Shown one piece after another: positions 18,101 to 27,413 of a stretch of DNA of 48,466 bases. This DNA comes from Pseudomonadota bacterium (GTDB lineage: Bacteria > Bdellovibrionota > FAC87 > UBA2466), in contig JAYSWN010000189.1 of assembly GCA_043718025.1 (NCBI GenBank), forward strand, positions 1-48,466, in the 5' to 3' direction. The position numbers and the translations under genes were made by a program. The number at the start of each line of letters is the position of its first letter. The stretch's first letter is position 1. The notes below the pieces were generated by a model. The model made no database searches and was not told the DNA's origin. It saw only the letters and a program-made list of their open reading frames with translations.

Positions 18101-18788
18101 ATTCAAGCTCGGTTTTTAGCTCTTTATACTTGCGCGCACGCGTGGCTTGAACTTTTAGACTTCGGATCTGCTTTTCAAGCTCAGTAATAATGTCCTGGAG
18201 GCGCAGCAAATTGCCCGTGGTTTGCTCAAGCTTTTTTTCTGCCTCTTTGCGCTTGGCCTTGTATTTGGTAATTCCGGCCACTTCTTCAAAAATAACCCGC
18301 CGGTCTTCGGGCTTCACGTTGATCATGCGATCAATCTGGCCCTGCTCAATGATCGAGTAGGCGCGGCGCCCCACACCCGTATCCATAAAAAGTTCGTGAA
18401 TGTCTTTTAAGCGGCAAGGCACCCGGTTGATTAAGAACTCACCGTTGCCATCTCTGTAGATGCGACGGGTCACCGAAATCTCGTCGCCCCGTTCGAAAGC
18501 AGCAAACTGTGGCGCCAGCGGCACCCCTTGCTTATCGAGTACCAAACTCACTTCAGCCATGGAGGTCGCGGCTTTGTGCTCTGACCCCGCAAAGATGATA
18601 TCGGTCATGGATTCGCTACGCATGTGCTTAGGGCTTTGTTCGCCCATGACCCACAAAATAGCATCGACAATGTTGCTCTTGCCGCAGCCATTGGGCCCGA
18701 CAACGCCGGTAATTCCTGGCTCGAACGTAAGAATAGTTCGGTCTAGGAACGACTTAAACCCTTGGAGCTCTAATCGTTTTAATCGCAT
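15174..18788 (-). CDS. smc: Chromosome segregation protein SMC
   Basis: Walker A GPNGCGKSN, long coiled coils with hinge, LSGGE signature, LLDEVDAPLD; 1204 aa. Confidence 0.97.
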   Translation of the reverse strand: MRLKRLELQGFKSFLDRTILTFEPGITGVVGPNGCGKSNIVDAILWVMGEQSPKHMRSESMTDIIFAGSEHKAATSMAEVSLVLDKQGVPLAPQFAAFERGDEISVTRRIYRDGNGEFLINRVPCRLKDIHELFMDTGVGRRAYSIIEQGQIDRMINVKPEDRRVIFEEVAGITKYKAKRKEAEKKLEQTTGNLLRLQDIITELEKQIRSLKVQATRARKYKELKTELESLDLFLIGRDLYDVKRELEKNSGRRDTLTNERSELDATLGRQEAEATETEVKRLDREKEFEKLSFDERNALLAIQKLESELELLAERRQNLLTQCETIRVELDELAQAQSAAEEERISDETERDKLIESESQLESDLSARELELNEVQRLFGENEGERIRLVQLKNETQNQQTRLDAQKQNLTQKIEEGCRHIDRIQTEMSALDDQTAEITSSLMAKDQAIEQTAKLIEVAKNEVTEVGSTAERLSSELSDVESELFEKRKAFHGQKSRQESLAELQKNLEGYAPSAREILLKLDEYGVSAVPLAEAIHPESDVEDLVELILGQELNTLVVKDSVELRRLAEVIEERGLDRVKLISLSEINALSMETTMRVFPPNVEPLTTRIRAAAGYESVVSHFFGSLAIAANRTTLFDLRTSATGLSLITRESRVVAHSDQSLSAGKPATTSGVFSRRREIQELIQICADLENAIADLSSRREGLLDQLKRQEKTKEDLKQRLSTLHVQSIEARKEKENQGFELERLKREDQRNRSEIERLEEQASEAQERIIALDEEFRGLSERWDEANGELGRLDARSLELRQQSDSLKKILEGLRVDRSAQKERFRSLEDRIFEADDTIGNLTRKQTQMETNLRSFEAEIEGFGTKTDDLRRGGEETKTVWEALQVKLADVKGALNEMHTQLSDLREQIHATQKQRDLCLKEQSDSELKVQTDSSKLESLLGLAQERYQRHAAPLSPETPIDIASLPLLQDQTAEVWGTLNETDREILLKDHVKTIREKVGRYGEVNLTAIHEFDEIQTRFEFLTTQKADLEKSMGILQQAIEKIDISTKARFTETFEAVQLKFAEIFPILFGGGKGELALTSPDSILESGVDILVQPPGKKLQSITVLSGGEKALTAVSLVLSIFARKPSPFCLLDEVDAPLDDANVSRFNTVVKKMAEKTQFIVITHNKKTMEIAEALYGVTMEKAGVSKMTSVRLQ

Positions 18789-21451
18789 CAGTGTTTTGTC
18801 TTAAGTGCCGCTTGTGCCGCAGCAAGTCTAGCTACGGGCACACGAAATGGTGAACAGCTAACGTAATTAAAGCCGAGCCTGTGGCAGAATTCAATCGTTG
18901 CGGTATCGCCACCCTGTTCTCCGCAAATTCCGATCTTCAATTTTGCGTTGGTGGCACGCCCTCTTTCGCAAGCCAATTTAATCAACTCTCCCACGCCTTC
19001 TTGGTCGACCGTAACAAACGGGTCTTGTTTCAACAGTCCCCGTTCGACATACGTCGACAAAAACGAACCTGAGTCGTCCCGCGATAGTCCCATGGTCATT
19101 TGGGTAAGATCATTGGTGCCGAAGGAAAAGAATTCGGCCTCGGTGGAAAGCTGTCCGGCGATCAATGCGGCGCGTGGTATTTCGATCATGGTCCCAATCT
19201 TATAAGGCACCTGAATGCCACGCCTCTTCAGCACCTCCTCGCAGACCGCAATGGCGTCGGCCTTAAGGAGCTTAAACTCCGCCATCGTGATGATGAAGGG
19301 GATCATAATTTCAGGTTCAATTTTAAAGTCTTCGTGTTGTATCAAATCCCCGGCCGCCTCCATAATGGCGCGCACCTGCATCTTATAAATTTCTGGAAAC
19401 GACACTCCCAAACGGCAGCCGCGATGGCCCAACATGGGGTTAAATTCGTGAAGTGATTTCACTTTCGCTTTTAACGAATCCAAAGAGACATTCAGCGAGC
19501 GGGCCAGCCCCGTAAGCTCCTGATCGCTCTTGGGCAAGAATTCGTGCAGCGGCGGATCTAAAAGGCGGATGGTAACGGGAAACCCCTTCATCTCGCGAAA
19601 AATCTGAATAAAGTCATCTTTCTGCATGGGAAAGATTTTGGCCAAGGCCGCTTCACGCTGCTTAGAGTTTTCGGCCAAGATCATTTCGCGAACCGCCTGA
19701 ATGCGCGACTCTTCGAAAAACATATGCTCGGTGCGACAAAGGCCCACCCCTTCGGCGCCAAACTGACGGGCGACTTTTACATCGTTGGGAGTTTCGGCAT
19801 TGGCGCGCACACCCATCGTCCTCTTTTCATCGACCCAATCCATAAACTCAGAAAAATAGGCATCCACCTGGCTGTTAATGGTGGGAACGTGACCTAAGAT
19901 CACTTCCCCGGTTGCCCCATCAATCGTGATGGCATCACCCTTTTTTACGACGTGGCTGCCCACGGTAAATTGGAGTTTCTGATAGTCGATGTTCACGCTT
20001 CCGCAACCCGCCACACAAGGCTTACCCATGCCGCGCGCCACGACTGCGGCGTGCGAGGTCATGCCGCCCAATGCCGTCAAAATACCTTCCGATGCGTCCA
20101 TGCCACCAATGTCTTCAGGTGAGGTTTCGTGGCGAATCAACACGCAAGGCCGGTTCATCTTCTTTAAACGCTCGGCCTCTTCCGACGAAAAAACCGCTTC
20201 ACCCGAGGCGGCTCCGGGTGACGCCGGTAAGCCTTTGGCAATCACGTTTTTAGGGTGCTTCGGATCCAGACGGGGGTGCAGCATTTGCTCAATTTGCGCC
20301 GGGGTCACTCGACCAATGGCCTCTTCGCGTGAAATCAAATTTTCTTTCACCATGTCCACGGCAATGCGCACGGCCGCAGTAGCCGTCCGTTTCCCATTGC
20401 GGGTCTGCAGCATATACAGCTTGTTTTTCTGGACGGTGAACTCGATGTCCTGCATGTCGCGGTAATTTTTTTCTAAAAACTGATACAGCCGAACCAGCTC
20501 TTTGAAAGGTTCAGGAAACTGACTCTCCATGGTGATGGCGGTACTGCCAGTTTGCGCCGACGATTTATTGATCGGGCTTGGCGTGCGAATGCCGGCCACC
20601 ACGTCTTCGCCCTGTGCGTTTTGCAAAAACTCACCAAAAAACTTTTTCTCGCCGGTGGAAGGGTCGCGGGTAAAAGCCACACCGGTGGCGCAGTCGTCGC
20701 CCATGTTGCCGAACACCATGGCCTGAACGTTCACTGCGGTGCCCCAGTCTTCGGGAATTTTATTGATACGGCGGTAGCTGATCGCCCGCGCCGCCATCCA
20801 CGAGCTAAACACCGCGCCAATCGATCCCCAAAGCTGCTGCTTAGGATCTTGCGGAAACGGCTTGCCGGTCTCCTGCAATACGATTTTCTTGAACTGAATT
20901 ACCAACGTTTCTAAATCTTCGGCCGTAAGTTCATTATCGTTTTTGACTCCGCGTTTGGTGCGAGCTTCCTCTAAAAGCTGTTCGAACGGGTGCATGTTCA
21001 AATTCAACACCACGTCGGAATACATCTGGATAAACCGGCGATAGGCGTCAAAGGCGAAGCGACCATCTTTCGAAGCTTTTTTAAGCCCCTGTACAGACTG
21101 ATCATTAAGGCCAAGGTTTAAAATGGTGTCCATCATGCCCGGCATGCTGGCGCGCGCCCCCGAACGCACGGAAACCAAAAGCGGGTTTTCAACATCCGCG
21201 AATTTAAGGCCCACCGCGGTTTCCATCTTCTTAAGGGCCTCTTCCACCGCCGTTTCAAGACCCGGAGGGTAAGATTTGTTGTTCTGGTAGAAGTGAGTGC
21301 AAATCTCAGTGGTGATGGTGAAGCCCGGAGGCACCGGAAGCCCCAAGCGGGTCATGTCATGAAGATTCGCCCCTTTGCCACCCAAGAGATTGCGCATCTC
21401 GTGAGTTCCTTCCGCTTTGCCATCGCCGAAAAAATAGATCTGCTTTTCCAT
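18788..21451 (-). CDS. ppdK: Pyruvate, phosphate dikinase
   Basis: Start ATG 21451 with AGGAG RBS; LGGKGANL, VSVRSGARASMPGMMDT, phospho-His GGMTSHAAVVARG, GLCRTEHMF, FSFGTNDL. Confidence 0.97.
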   Translation of the reverse strand: MEKQIYFFGDGKAEGTHEMRNLLGGKGANLHDMTRLGLPVPPGFTITTEICTHFYQNNKSYPPGLETAVEEALKKMETAVGLKFADVENPLLVSVRSGARASMPGMMDTILNLGLNDQSVQGLKKASKDGRFAFDAYRRFIQMYSDVVLNLNMHPFEQLLEEARTKRGVKNDNELTAEDLETLVIQFKKIVLQETGKPFPQDPKQQLWGSIGAVFSSWMAARAISYRRINKIPEDWGTAVNVQAMVFGNMGDDCATGVAFTRDPSTGEKKFFGEFLQNAQGEDVVAGIRTPSPINKSSAQTGSTAITMESQFPEPFKELVRLYQFLEKNYRDMQDIEFTVQKNKLYMLQTRNGKRTATAAVRIAVDMVKENLISREEAIGRVTPAQIEQMLHPRLDPKHPKNVIAKGLPASPGAASGEAVFSSEEAERLKKMNRPCVLIRHETSPEDIGGMDASEGILTALGGMTSHAAVVARGMGKPCVAGCGSVNIDYQKLQFTVGSHVVKKGDAITIDGATGEVILGHVPTINSQVDAYFSEFMDWVDEKRTMGVRANAETPNDVKVARQFGAEGVGLCRTEHMFFEESRIQAVREMILAENSKQREAALAKIFPMQKDDFIQIFREMKGFPVTIRLLDPPLHEFLPKSDQELTGLARSLNVSLDSLKAKVKSLHEFNPMLGHRGCRLGVSFPEIYKMQVRAIMEAAGDLIQHEDFKIEPEIMIPFIITMAEFKLLKADAIAVCEEVLKRRGIQVPYKIGTMIEIPRAALIAGQLSTEAEFFSFGTNDLTQMTMGLSRDDSGSFLSTYVERGLLKQDPFVTVDQEGVGELIKLACERGRATNAKLKIGICGEQGGDTATIEFCHRLGFNYVSCSPFRVPVARLAAAQAALKTKH

Positions 21452-21462
21452 CTGCCCTACTC

Positions 21463-22791
21463 CTACCAAGTCAGAGATTTTGAAAGATAAGTGGCGAGCT
21501 CGCCCACCGCGATGCGCTCCTGCTTCATCGAATCGCGCTCGCGCACCGTAACGGTATTGGCCGTAAGGCTTTCGCCGTCGACGGTAATACAAAATGGCGT
21601 GCCCGCTTCATCTTGACGACGATAACGGCGGCCGATGGCCCCCTTGTCGTCAAAGTACGTATTCCAGCGCAACCTAAGATCGGCAAAAATCTTTTCGGCC
21701 ATCTCGGGCATGCCCTCTTTATTGACCAAGGGCAGCACCGCAATTTTGATCGGGGCCAACGCCGGATGAAACCTCAGCACGGTGCGCACCTCATCGCCGT
21801 CTTTTTCTTCATCGTAAGCGTCAACCAAGAAAGCCAGAGTTCCGCGATCGGCGCCCGCACTCGGTTCAATCACGTGCGGAAAGAAACGCGTTTTAGTCGG
21901 CTCGTCGAAATAGGACAGGTCTTTTTTACTAAATTCAGAATGCTGTTTGAGATCGTAATCGGTACGGTTAGCTATGCCTTCGAGTTCCGAAACACCAAAC
22001 GGAAATTCGTACTCAATGTCGGCGCAACCAGCGGCGTAGTGGGCGAGCTCGTTCTTGGCGTGTTCGCGCAAGTGCAGCCGTTCTTTCTTAATGCCGTACT
22101 TTACGTACCAGTCGTACCGAGTTTGCTTCCAATACTGGAACCATTTTTCGGCTTCATCGGGGTGCACGAAAAATTCCATTTCCATCTGCTCGAATTCACG
22201 AGAACGAAAAGTAAAATTGCGAGGGTTGATCTCGTTGCGAAACGCCTTACCAATCTGGCCAATGCCAAACGGTACTTTTACGCGCGAGGTGTCCACGATG
22301 TTTTTGAAGTTGGCAAAAATTCCCTGACAGGTTTCTGGACGCAAATACACCTGAGAGGTGCTGTCTTCCATCGCCCCCACAAAAGTTTTGAACATGAGGT
22401 TGAAGGCACGGGTTTCGGTAAACTTGTCTTTGGTACCGCAGTTTGGACATTGGTTATTCACAATGTGATCGGCGCGAAAGCGGCCTTTGCATTGTAAGCA
22501 ATCCACCATGGGGTCCGTAAAAGAGTTCACGTGGCCACTGGCCTCCCACACTTTGGGATTCATTAAAATCGAACAGTCGACCCCCACCACATCGGTACGA
22601 CGCAGCACCATATCGCGCCACCAAGCCTCTTTGATGTTGCGCTTTAGTTCCACGCCCAAGGGGCCATAATCCCAGCAGCCGTTCAGGCCACCATAAATTT
22701 CACTGCTCTGAAATAGAATGCCACGGCGGCGGCAAAGCGAGACGATCGCCGCCATTTTTTGTTCACTTGGTTTCTGGGCCGGCTTGGCCAT
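21463..22791 (-). CDS. glyQS: Glycine--tRNA ligase, homodimeric (alpha2) type
   Basis: YGPLGVELK, YLRPETCQG, FRNEINP, RSREFEQME, VIEPSAG, IGRRYRRQDE-GTP anticodon domain. Confidence 0.96.
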   Translation of the reverse strand: MAKPAQKPSEQKMAAIVSLCRRRGILFQSSEIYGGLNGCWDYGPLGVELKRNIKEAWWRDMVLRRTDVVGVDCSILMNPKVWEASGHVNSFTDPMVDCLQCKGRFRADHIVNNQCPNCGTKDKFTETRAFNLMFKTFVGAMEDSTSQVYLRPETCQGIFANFKNIVDTSRVKVPFGIGQIGKAFRNEINPRNFTFRSREFEQMEMEFFVHPDEAEKWFQYWKQTRYDWYVKYGIKKERLHLREHAKNELAHYAAGCADIEYEFPFGVSELEGIANRTDYDLKQHSEFSKKDLSYFDEPTKTRFFPHVIEPSAGADRGTLAFLVDAYDEEKDGDEVRTVLRFHPALAPIKIAVLPLVNKEGMPEMAEKIFADLRLRWNTYFDDKGAIGRRYRRQDEAGTPFCITVDGESLTANTVTVRERDSMKQERIAVGELATYLSKSLTW

Positions 22792-22904
22792 CGTGGTGGT
22801 CCTTTGAAAAAAGAGACTACCGTAGCGGCAAACCGCGGCCTCGTCTAGTAAACACCACGTTTTAACAGAGCTTTTTGCTGCCGGGGATCGCTTCCAAACC
22901 CTTA

Positions 22905-22941
22905 GCCAAAGGCCGTCCCCCGAGGCATAGCGGCCTTTGGC
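22905..22941 (-). terminator. Hairpin immediately after the tadC-like stop
   Basis: Perfect 11-bp inverted repeat GCCAAAGGCCG/CGGCCTTTGGC; weak U-tract. Confidence 0.5.
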
Positions 22942-23424
22942 CTAATTGATCGCCCGCGCCCACTGCTGCAAAAGCGGATAAAAGATCAAACAGAAGGCAG
23001 GTGGCAGAAAAAAGAAGAGCAGAACCAGGCTGGCTTTCACCGGAAACTCTTCGTGATGGCGGATTAGAGCCGCTTCGATATCAACGTTGAGCTGGCGGCG
23101 AAAGGCATTCACCGCCCCTAAAATTGGGCTGCCCTCTTGATAAAGGGTGAGTAGCAGCGAAAACCAAACCCGGGCCTCGGTCAGCGACGAATGCTCGGCA
23201 AGATAGTTCAGGCGAGCGCTCAGTGACTCTTTTGAATGCAGTTCCGCGTAAAGCTCAGACGACTGAGCGCGCAACGCCAATGCCGATTCCTCCCATGAAA
23301 ACGCCAGGTCGTAGCCCACCTCTAGGTGCAGAGCCATGGCCTCGACGAACTGCAAGAGCTCAGCCTGGCGGCGATTTTTATGGGCTCCTTTTAGCAAAAT
23401 TTGGCGACTCTCCACAGGGTCCAT
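22942..23424 (-). CDS. Type II secretion system F-family (TadC-like) protein
   Basis: ATG 23424 follows GGGAGG; FVEAMALHLEVG, GSPI, PVKASLVLLFFFLPPAF resemble the TadC C-terminal domain. Confidence 0.7.
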   Translation of the reverse strand: MDPVESRQILLKGAHKNRRQAELLQFVEAMALHLEVGYDLAFSWEESALALRAQSSELYAELHSKESLSARLNYLAEHSSLTEARVWFSLLLTLYQEGSPILGAVNAFRRQLNVDIEAALIRHHEEFPVKASLVLLFFFLPPAFCLIFYPLLQQWARAIN

Positions 23425-24218
23425 AGGCCCAAGACCTCCCAGCTTAGACACAACAAACTCAAGCTTAGAAAATTGCCGTCGCTTAAATAGGCCCGCACCG
23501 ACGTGCCTTGCGAGTAGGCCAAGTAGGCGAGTAGCCCCCACGGCAGGCAAAACGCAAAAGCCCCCTGAGCCACCGCCAACGACCGTACCCGGGCCACGCG
23601 GCTCTGAATGCGGTGGTGGCGCTCGAGCACCTGAATGCCGTGTTCGACAAAGGGAAGTAGCGGCAGTCCAGAGGCATAACCCGCCAATAGCGAAGATACG
23701 ACTGTCCCCAGCAGTGGGCTGGGGGTTCTCCTAAGAAAGCGGTTCAGACAGTCGCCCAGTGAATGGCCACGGTCGAACCATTGCAGAGTTTTTTTCAACT
23801 TAAGGGTGAACGGCATTGGCTGGCGATCAGCAAGCAGGAACAGGCTGGCTGACAAACTGAGACCAGAGGACAAAAAGCCATGAAGTGCTTGTAGCGCTGG
23901 CCGGCAGCTGGCTTCCATTAAGTTGAGATGGCCCATCCGGGCCCAATTCAAAAACAGGCGAAACACGAGAGGAAAAGGCGGTAAAAACCAGAGCGCCCAA
24001 ACGCCCCGACCTAAGGCCAGTGCAATCACCACGCAGCCCAAGCCAACAAGTACCGTGAGCAGTAAAGCGCGCTGTGGTTCACCGCGAATGATCCAACGTC
24101 GGGTGCGCTTCAAGCGAATTAGCTCTTGGCGGGCCGAGGCCCGACACCACCACGCTGCGAGACCGCAAACCAGCGCCGATAGTCCGGCATTCCTCAGTAA
24201 AAGCAGCGAATCGGTCAT
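23391..24218 (-). CDS. Type II secretion system F-family (TadB-like) protein
   Basis: N-terminal TMs; L-SGLSL--SL; G-SL-D-L; ASGLPL; AQG----LPW and terminal TM typical of TadB. Confidence 0.7.
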   Translation of the reverse strand: MTDSLLLLRNAGLSALVCGLAAWWCRASARQELIRLKRTRRWIIRGEPQRALLLTVLVGLGCVVIALALGRGVWALWFLPPFPLVFRLFLNWARMGHLNLMEASCRPALQALHGFLSSGLSLSASLFLLADRQPMPFTLKLKKTLQWFDRGHSLGDCLNRFLRRTPSPLLGTVVSSLLAGYASGLPLLPFVEHGIQVLERHHRIQSRVARVRSLAVAQGAFAFCLPWGLLAYLAYSQGTSVRAYLSDGNFLSLSLLCLSWEVLGLWTLWRVAKFC

Positions 24219-24334
24219 TGTCTTGGTACCAAACGCACAATTCAGGCCACCAGGGCGTTGCCTTAATGCGCAGTTGAAACTGCTAACGCGTTGCGGTTTA
24301 GTGGATTTTCAACAGGCAAGTGAGGGGCTTAAAA

Positions 24335-26137
24335 ATGGACGCAAATAGAAAATCTAAAGTCGTAGATGGCAAAAATGTACCCGAAGCCTATTTACGTCGC
24401 ATTGGCATGAGCCCTAACCAACCCGCCTTCTGGTTGAAAAAAGACGGCAAGTACCAGCCGTTGATTTGGAAAGAGGTGCACACCCGAATGTTGGGCATTC
24501 ACGAAGGCCTTTCACGTATGGGAATTGGCGAGGGCGACGCCGTTTGCATCATGAGCCAGAGCCGCCCCGAATGGTTAATGAGCGACATTGCGATTCAAGG
24601 CCTTAAGGGCATTGCCGTGCCAATTTACCACTCCAGCTCGCTGGAGGACGTCGCCTACATTCTTGAACACTGCCAGGCCAAAGCGGTTATCGTCGAGGAC
24701 GCTGCCCAGTGCGAAAAGCTGTTTCAAGTCTTTAAAAAACGGCCGGCATTACCCGTGATTTTGATTTCAGGAAGTCAACACCCCGACCTAAAGGCGACGC
24801 CGATGTCTGAATTCGCGAAACTGAATAACGAAAAAGCGGCTCACGATTCGTTTGCGAAGATCGCCGCCACCATTCAGCCCAACGACATGGCATCCATCGT
24901 TTACACCTCGGGAACCACCGGCTTACCCAAGGGGGCCGTACTCACCCATGCAAACTTTGGCAGTGAGTTGCGGTTTATCGTCGATGAAATTGAACTCTAC
25001 GAATCCGATGTCACGCTTACCTTTCTACCCTTTGCCCATATCTTTGGTCGGGTTGAGAGTTTTTTACCAATTTTCGCAGGAACCTCGCTTGGATTTGCCG
25101 AGAGCATAAATGCGGTTTCGCAGAATATGGCTGAGTTAAAGCCCACTATGCTGTTGAGCGTGCCCCGCATTTATGAAAAAATTTACGCCAAGATTATGTC
25201 TCAGGTCGAAAGTGCTCCCCCTGCCCGGCAAAAGATTTTTCATTGGGCCGTGGGCATCGGCCGACAAATGGCAAAGATGCGTTCGTTGAAACAGGCGCCG
25301 TCCCCTGTGCTCTGGGCTAAGTTCAAGATTGCCGACAAACTCGTATTCGAAAAAATTAGAAACACCATGGGCGGAAACATTCGTCTTACGGTTTCAGGCG
25401 GAGCACCGTTAAACCGCGATCTGTGTGAATTTTTCCACGCTTGCGGAATCAAAGTCTTAGAGGGTTACGGCCTTACCGAAACCACCGCCGCCGTAGCGGT
25501 AAACCGCCCCGATGACTATCGCTTTGGTACGGTAGGTAGGCCCGTAGGTGATTCCGAGTTCAAAATCGCCGAAGACGGCGAAATTTTGGTTAAGGGCTCC
25601 TTAGTTTTTAAGGGCTACTATCGTAACCAAGAAGCCACCGGCGAGAGTTTGCAGAATGGGTGGTTCCACACCGGCGATATTGGTGAGATTGATACTCAAG
25701 GTTTTTTGCGCATAACCGATCGTAAAAAAGAGTTAATCGTCACGGCCGGGGGAAAAAATGTGGCTCCGCAGAAACTAGAAAATCTGATCAAAGCGCGGCG
25801 TTTTATGTCTAATGGCCTAGTCTTCGGTGACAAACAAAAATATCTGGTCGCACTGGTCACTTTAAATGAGCCTGAAATCACGAAATGGGCGGCGGATAGC
25901 GGGATTGCCTTTCGAAACTACGCCGACCTTAGCACTTTAACGAAGATCAAAGAGATCATTGAGATTGAGATCGCCGCGGTAAACAAAAACCTGGCGAGCT
26001 ACGAGTCGATTAAGAAATTTAAAATATTACCCCAGGATTTTTCGATTGAGTCGGGAGAGCTGACCCCCTCATTAAAGCTCAAACGAAAAGTCTGTGTAGA
26101 ACGATACCGTAGCGAAATCGAAGGCATGTACGCCTAA
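24335..26137 (+). CDS. Long-chain fatty acid--CoA ligase
   Basis: IVYTSGTTGLPKG, EGYGLTET, WFHTGDIG, ITDRKKELIVTAGGKNVAP, LTPSLKLKR. Confidence 0.95.
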   Translation: MDANRKSKVVDGKNVPEAYLRRIGMSPNQPAFWLKKDGKYQPLIWKEVHTRMLGIHEGLSRMGIGEGDAVCIMSQSRPEWLMSDIAIQGLKGIAVPIYHSSSLEDVAYILEHCQAKAVIVEDAAQCEKLFQVFKKRPALPVILISGSQHPDLKATPMSEFAKLNNEKAAHDSFAKIAATIQPNDMASIVYTSGTTGLPKGAVLTHANFGSELRFIVDEIELYESDVTLTFLPFAHIFGRVESFLPIFAGTSLGFAESINAVSQNMAELKPTMLLSVPRIYEKIYAKIMSQVESAPPARQKIFHWAVGIGRQMAKMRSLKQAPSPVLWAKFKIADKLVFEKIRNTMGGNIRLTVSGGAPLNRDLCEFFHACGIKVLEGYGLTETTAAVAVNRPDDYRFGTVGRPVGDSEFKIAEDGEILVKGSLVFKGYYRNQEATGESLQNGWFHTGDIGEIDTQGFLRITDRKKELIVTAGGKNVAPQKLENLIKARRFMSNGLVFGDKQKYLVALVTLNEPEITKWAADSGIAFRNYADLSTLTKIKEIIEIEIAAVNKNLASYESIKKFKILPQDFSIESGELTPSLKLKRKVCVERYRSEIEGMYA

Positions 26138-26230
26138 ATGCCGGTGAGATAATTAGGGGATAGCCTCGTTATTGTTCAACTATCGTGCGCACCGCTGTAC
26201 AAAACAGTGGTAATCCGCTATCAAGCGCCG

Positions 26231-26650
26231 ATGGAATTTAAGCCCGAAACCCCGCTGGACACGGCCTTGCAGATGGCACGTGACGACCAAAAAACCGCAA
26301 ACCTTTTTTACGACGCCTTTTTAAATGCCGAGCTTTTTATTCCCGTAAAACGCGAGGGTTTTGAGGTGGGGAGTTGGAGCGAGACCACCCCCGACGAAAG
26401 ATTTTTTCCACTCTTCTTAAATCTCAACGGCACCAAGGTGATTCCCGTATTTGATCGGTTAACCCGTTTGCAATTTTGGGCTGAGTCGCGATCGCTGGAC
26501 TACCTCAAAGTGCGCTGCCACCAATTTTTAAAATCGGTGGCCCCCGATGTCGCCATGGCACTCAATCTCGCTAACGCATACCACCATCTTTTTCCGGTAG
26601 AAACTTTGGGCCAACTTAGACAAGCCGCCCAAGTGGTTGTGCCCTCTTGA
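26231..26650 (+). CDS. SseB family protein
   Basis: FYDAFLNAELFIP, IPVFD---RL--W, ALN pattern of the SseB N-terminal domain. Confidence 0.7.
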   Translation: MEFKPETPLDTALQMARDDQKTANLFYDAFLNAELFIPVKREGFEVGSWSETTPDERFFPLFLNLNGTKVIPVFDRLTRLQFWAESRSLDYLKVRCHQFLKSVAPDVAMALNLANAYHHLFPVETLGQLRQAAQVVVPS

Positions 26651-27348
26651 GCTCAGCCCCTTTAGTCACGGTGGTTTTCGAGAATGCTTTCTTTTTAATT
26701 GTCGATAAGCCAGCCGGCTGGCTCACGATCCCGGGTCGTACCGGTGAGGCGGATGAGCGCCCCTGTCTCATTAAACATTTAAATGAGAGCCGCGGCATTA
26801 AACTGTTTTGCGTACACCGTTTAGATAGCGAAGTTTCGGGACTGGTTATTTTCGCCAAGGAGGCCGATGCGCACCGCAATGCCAGTGCGTGGTTTGAAAA
26901 TCGTCAGGTGAGAAAGACTTACGAGTGCTTCTCCGAAAAAGAGGTGGGTTCAGCGTTTTCCGCTAAGACGCTACTCACTTGGAAAAGCCGACTGTTAAAA
27001 GGCAAAAAACGCGCCTACGAAAAACCGTTTGGAAAAGACTGCGTCACCAACGCCGAGTTTCTGGCGGACAAAAAAATTGATGGCACCCTTCGCGGTCACT
27101 GGCGCCTTACCCCAGTAACCGGCCGTTCACATCAGTTGCGTTTCGAAATGGCCAAACACGGCCTACCTATCTGGGGCGATATTTTGTACGGTTCGACTTC
27201 GGCCTTCGCGGAGAAAGCAATTGCGCTACGCGCCGTTGAGCTCGATTTTAGCCAAGCCGTGCGTAAAGAAGCTTTTGACCTACCCGATAGAGTCGCCGGC
27301 GCCCCCCTTAACGCTGCGCAACGCACAGCCGTAGAAAAACCGACCTGA
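26647..27348 (+). CDS. RluA-family RNA pseudouridine synthase
   Basis: DKPAG, HRLD catalytic motif, TGRSHQLR, PIWGD-LYG. Confidence 0.93.
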   Translation: MSSAPLVTVVFENAFFLIVDKPAGWLTIPGRTGEADERPCLIKHLNESRGIKLFCVHRLDSEVSGLVIFAKEADAHRNASAWFENRQVRKTYECFSEKEVGSAFSAKTLLTWKSRLLKGKKRAYEKPFGKDCVTNAEFLADKKIDGTLRGHWRLTPVTGRSHQLRFEMAKHGLPIWGDILYGSTSAFAEKAIALRAVELDFSQAVRKEAFDLPDRVAGAPLNAAQRTAVEKPT

Positions 27349-27413
27349 AAAAAATCAGAAACCCGTTATTTTTTCTTAATAATCCAACCACTTGAACCGA
27401 AAAGTATAGGGAG

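Noticed and set aside
21452..21592. 47-aa Arg-rich N-terminal extension of PpdK in the ORF track
   Set aside because: Overlaps the glyQS 3' end; ATG 21451 has an RBS and matches the normal PpdK start
21613..22497. 294-aa plus-strand ORF
   Set aside because: Lies entirely antisense to glyQS with no recognisable motifs; a shadow ORF
22792..22941. T-box leader upstream of glyQS
   Set aside because: Only 150 bp, with no GGTGGNACC T-box motif; the hairpin abuts the upstream gene's stop
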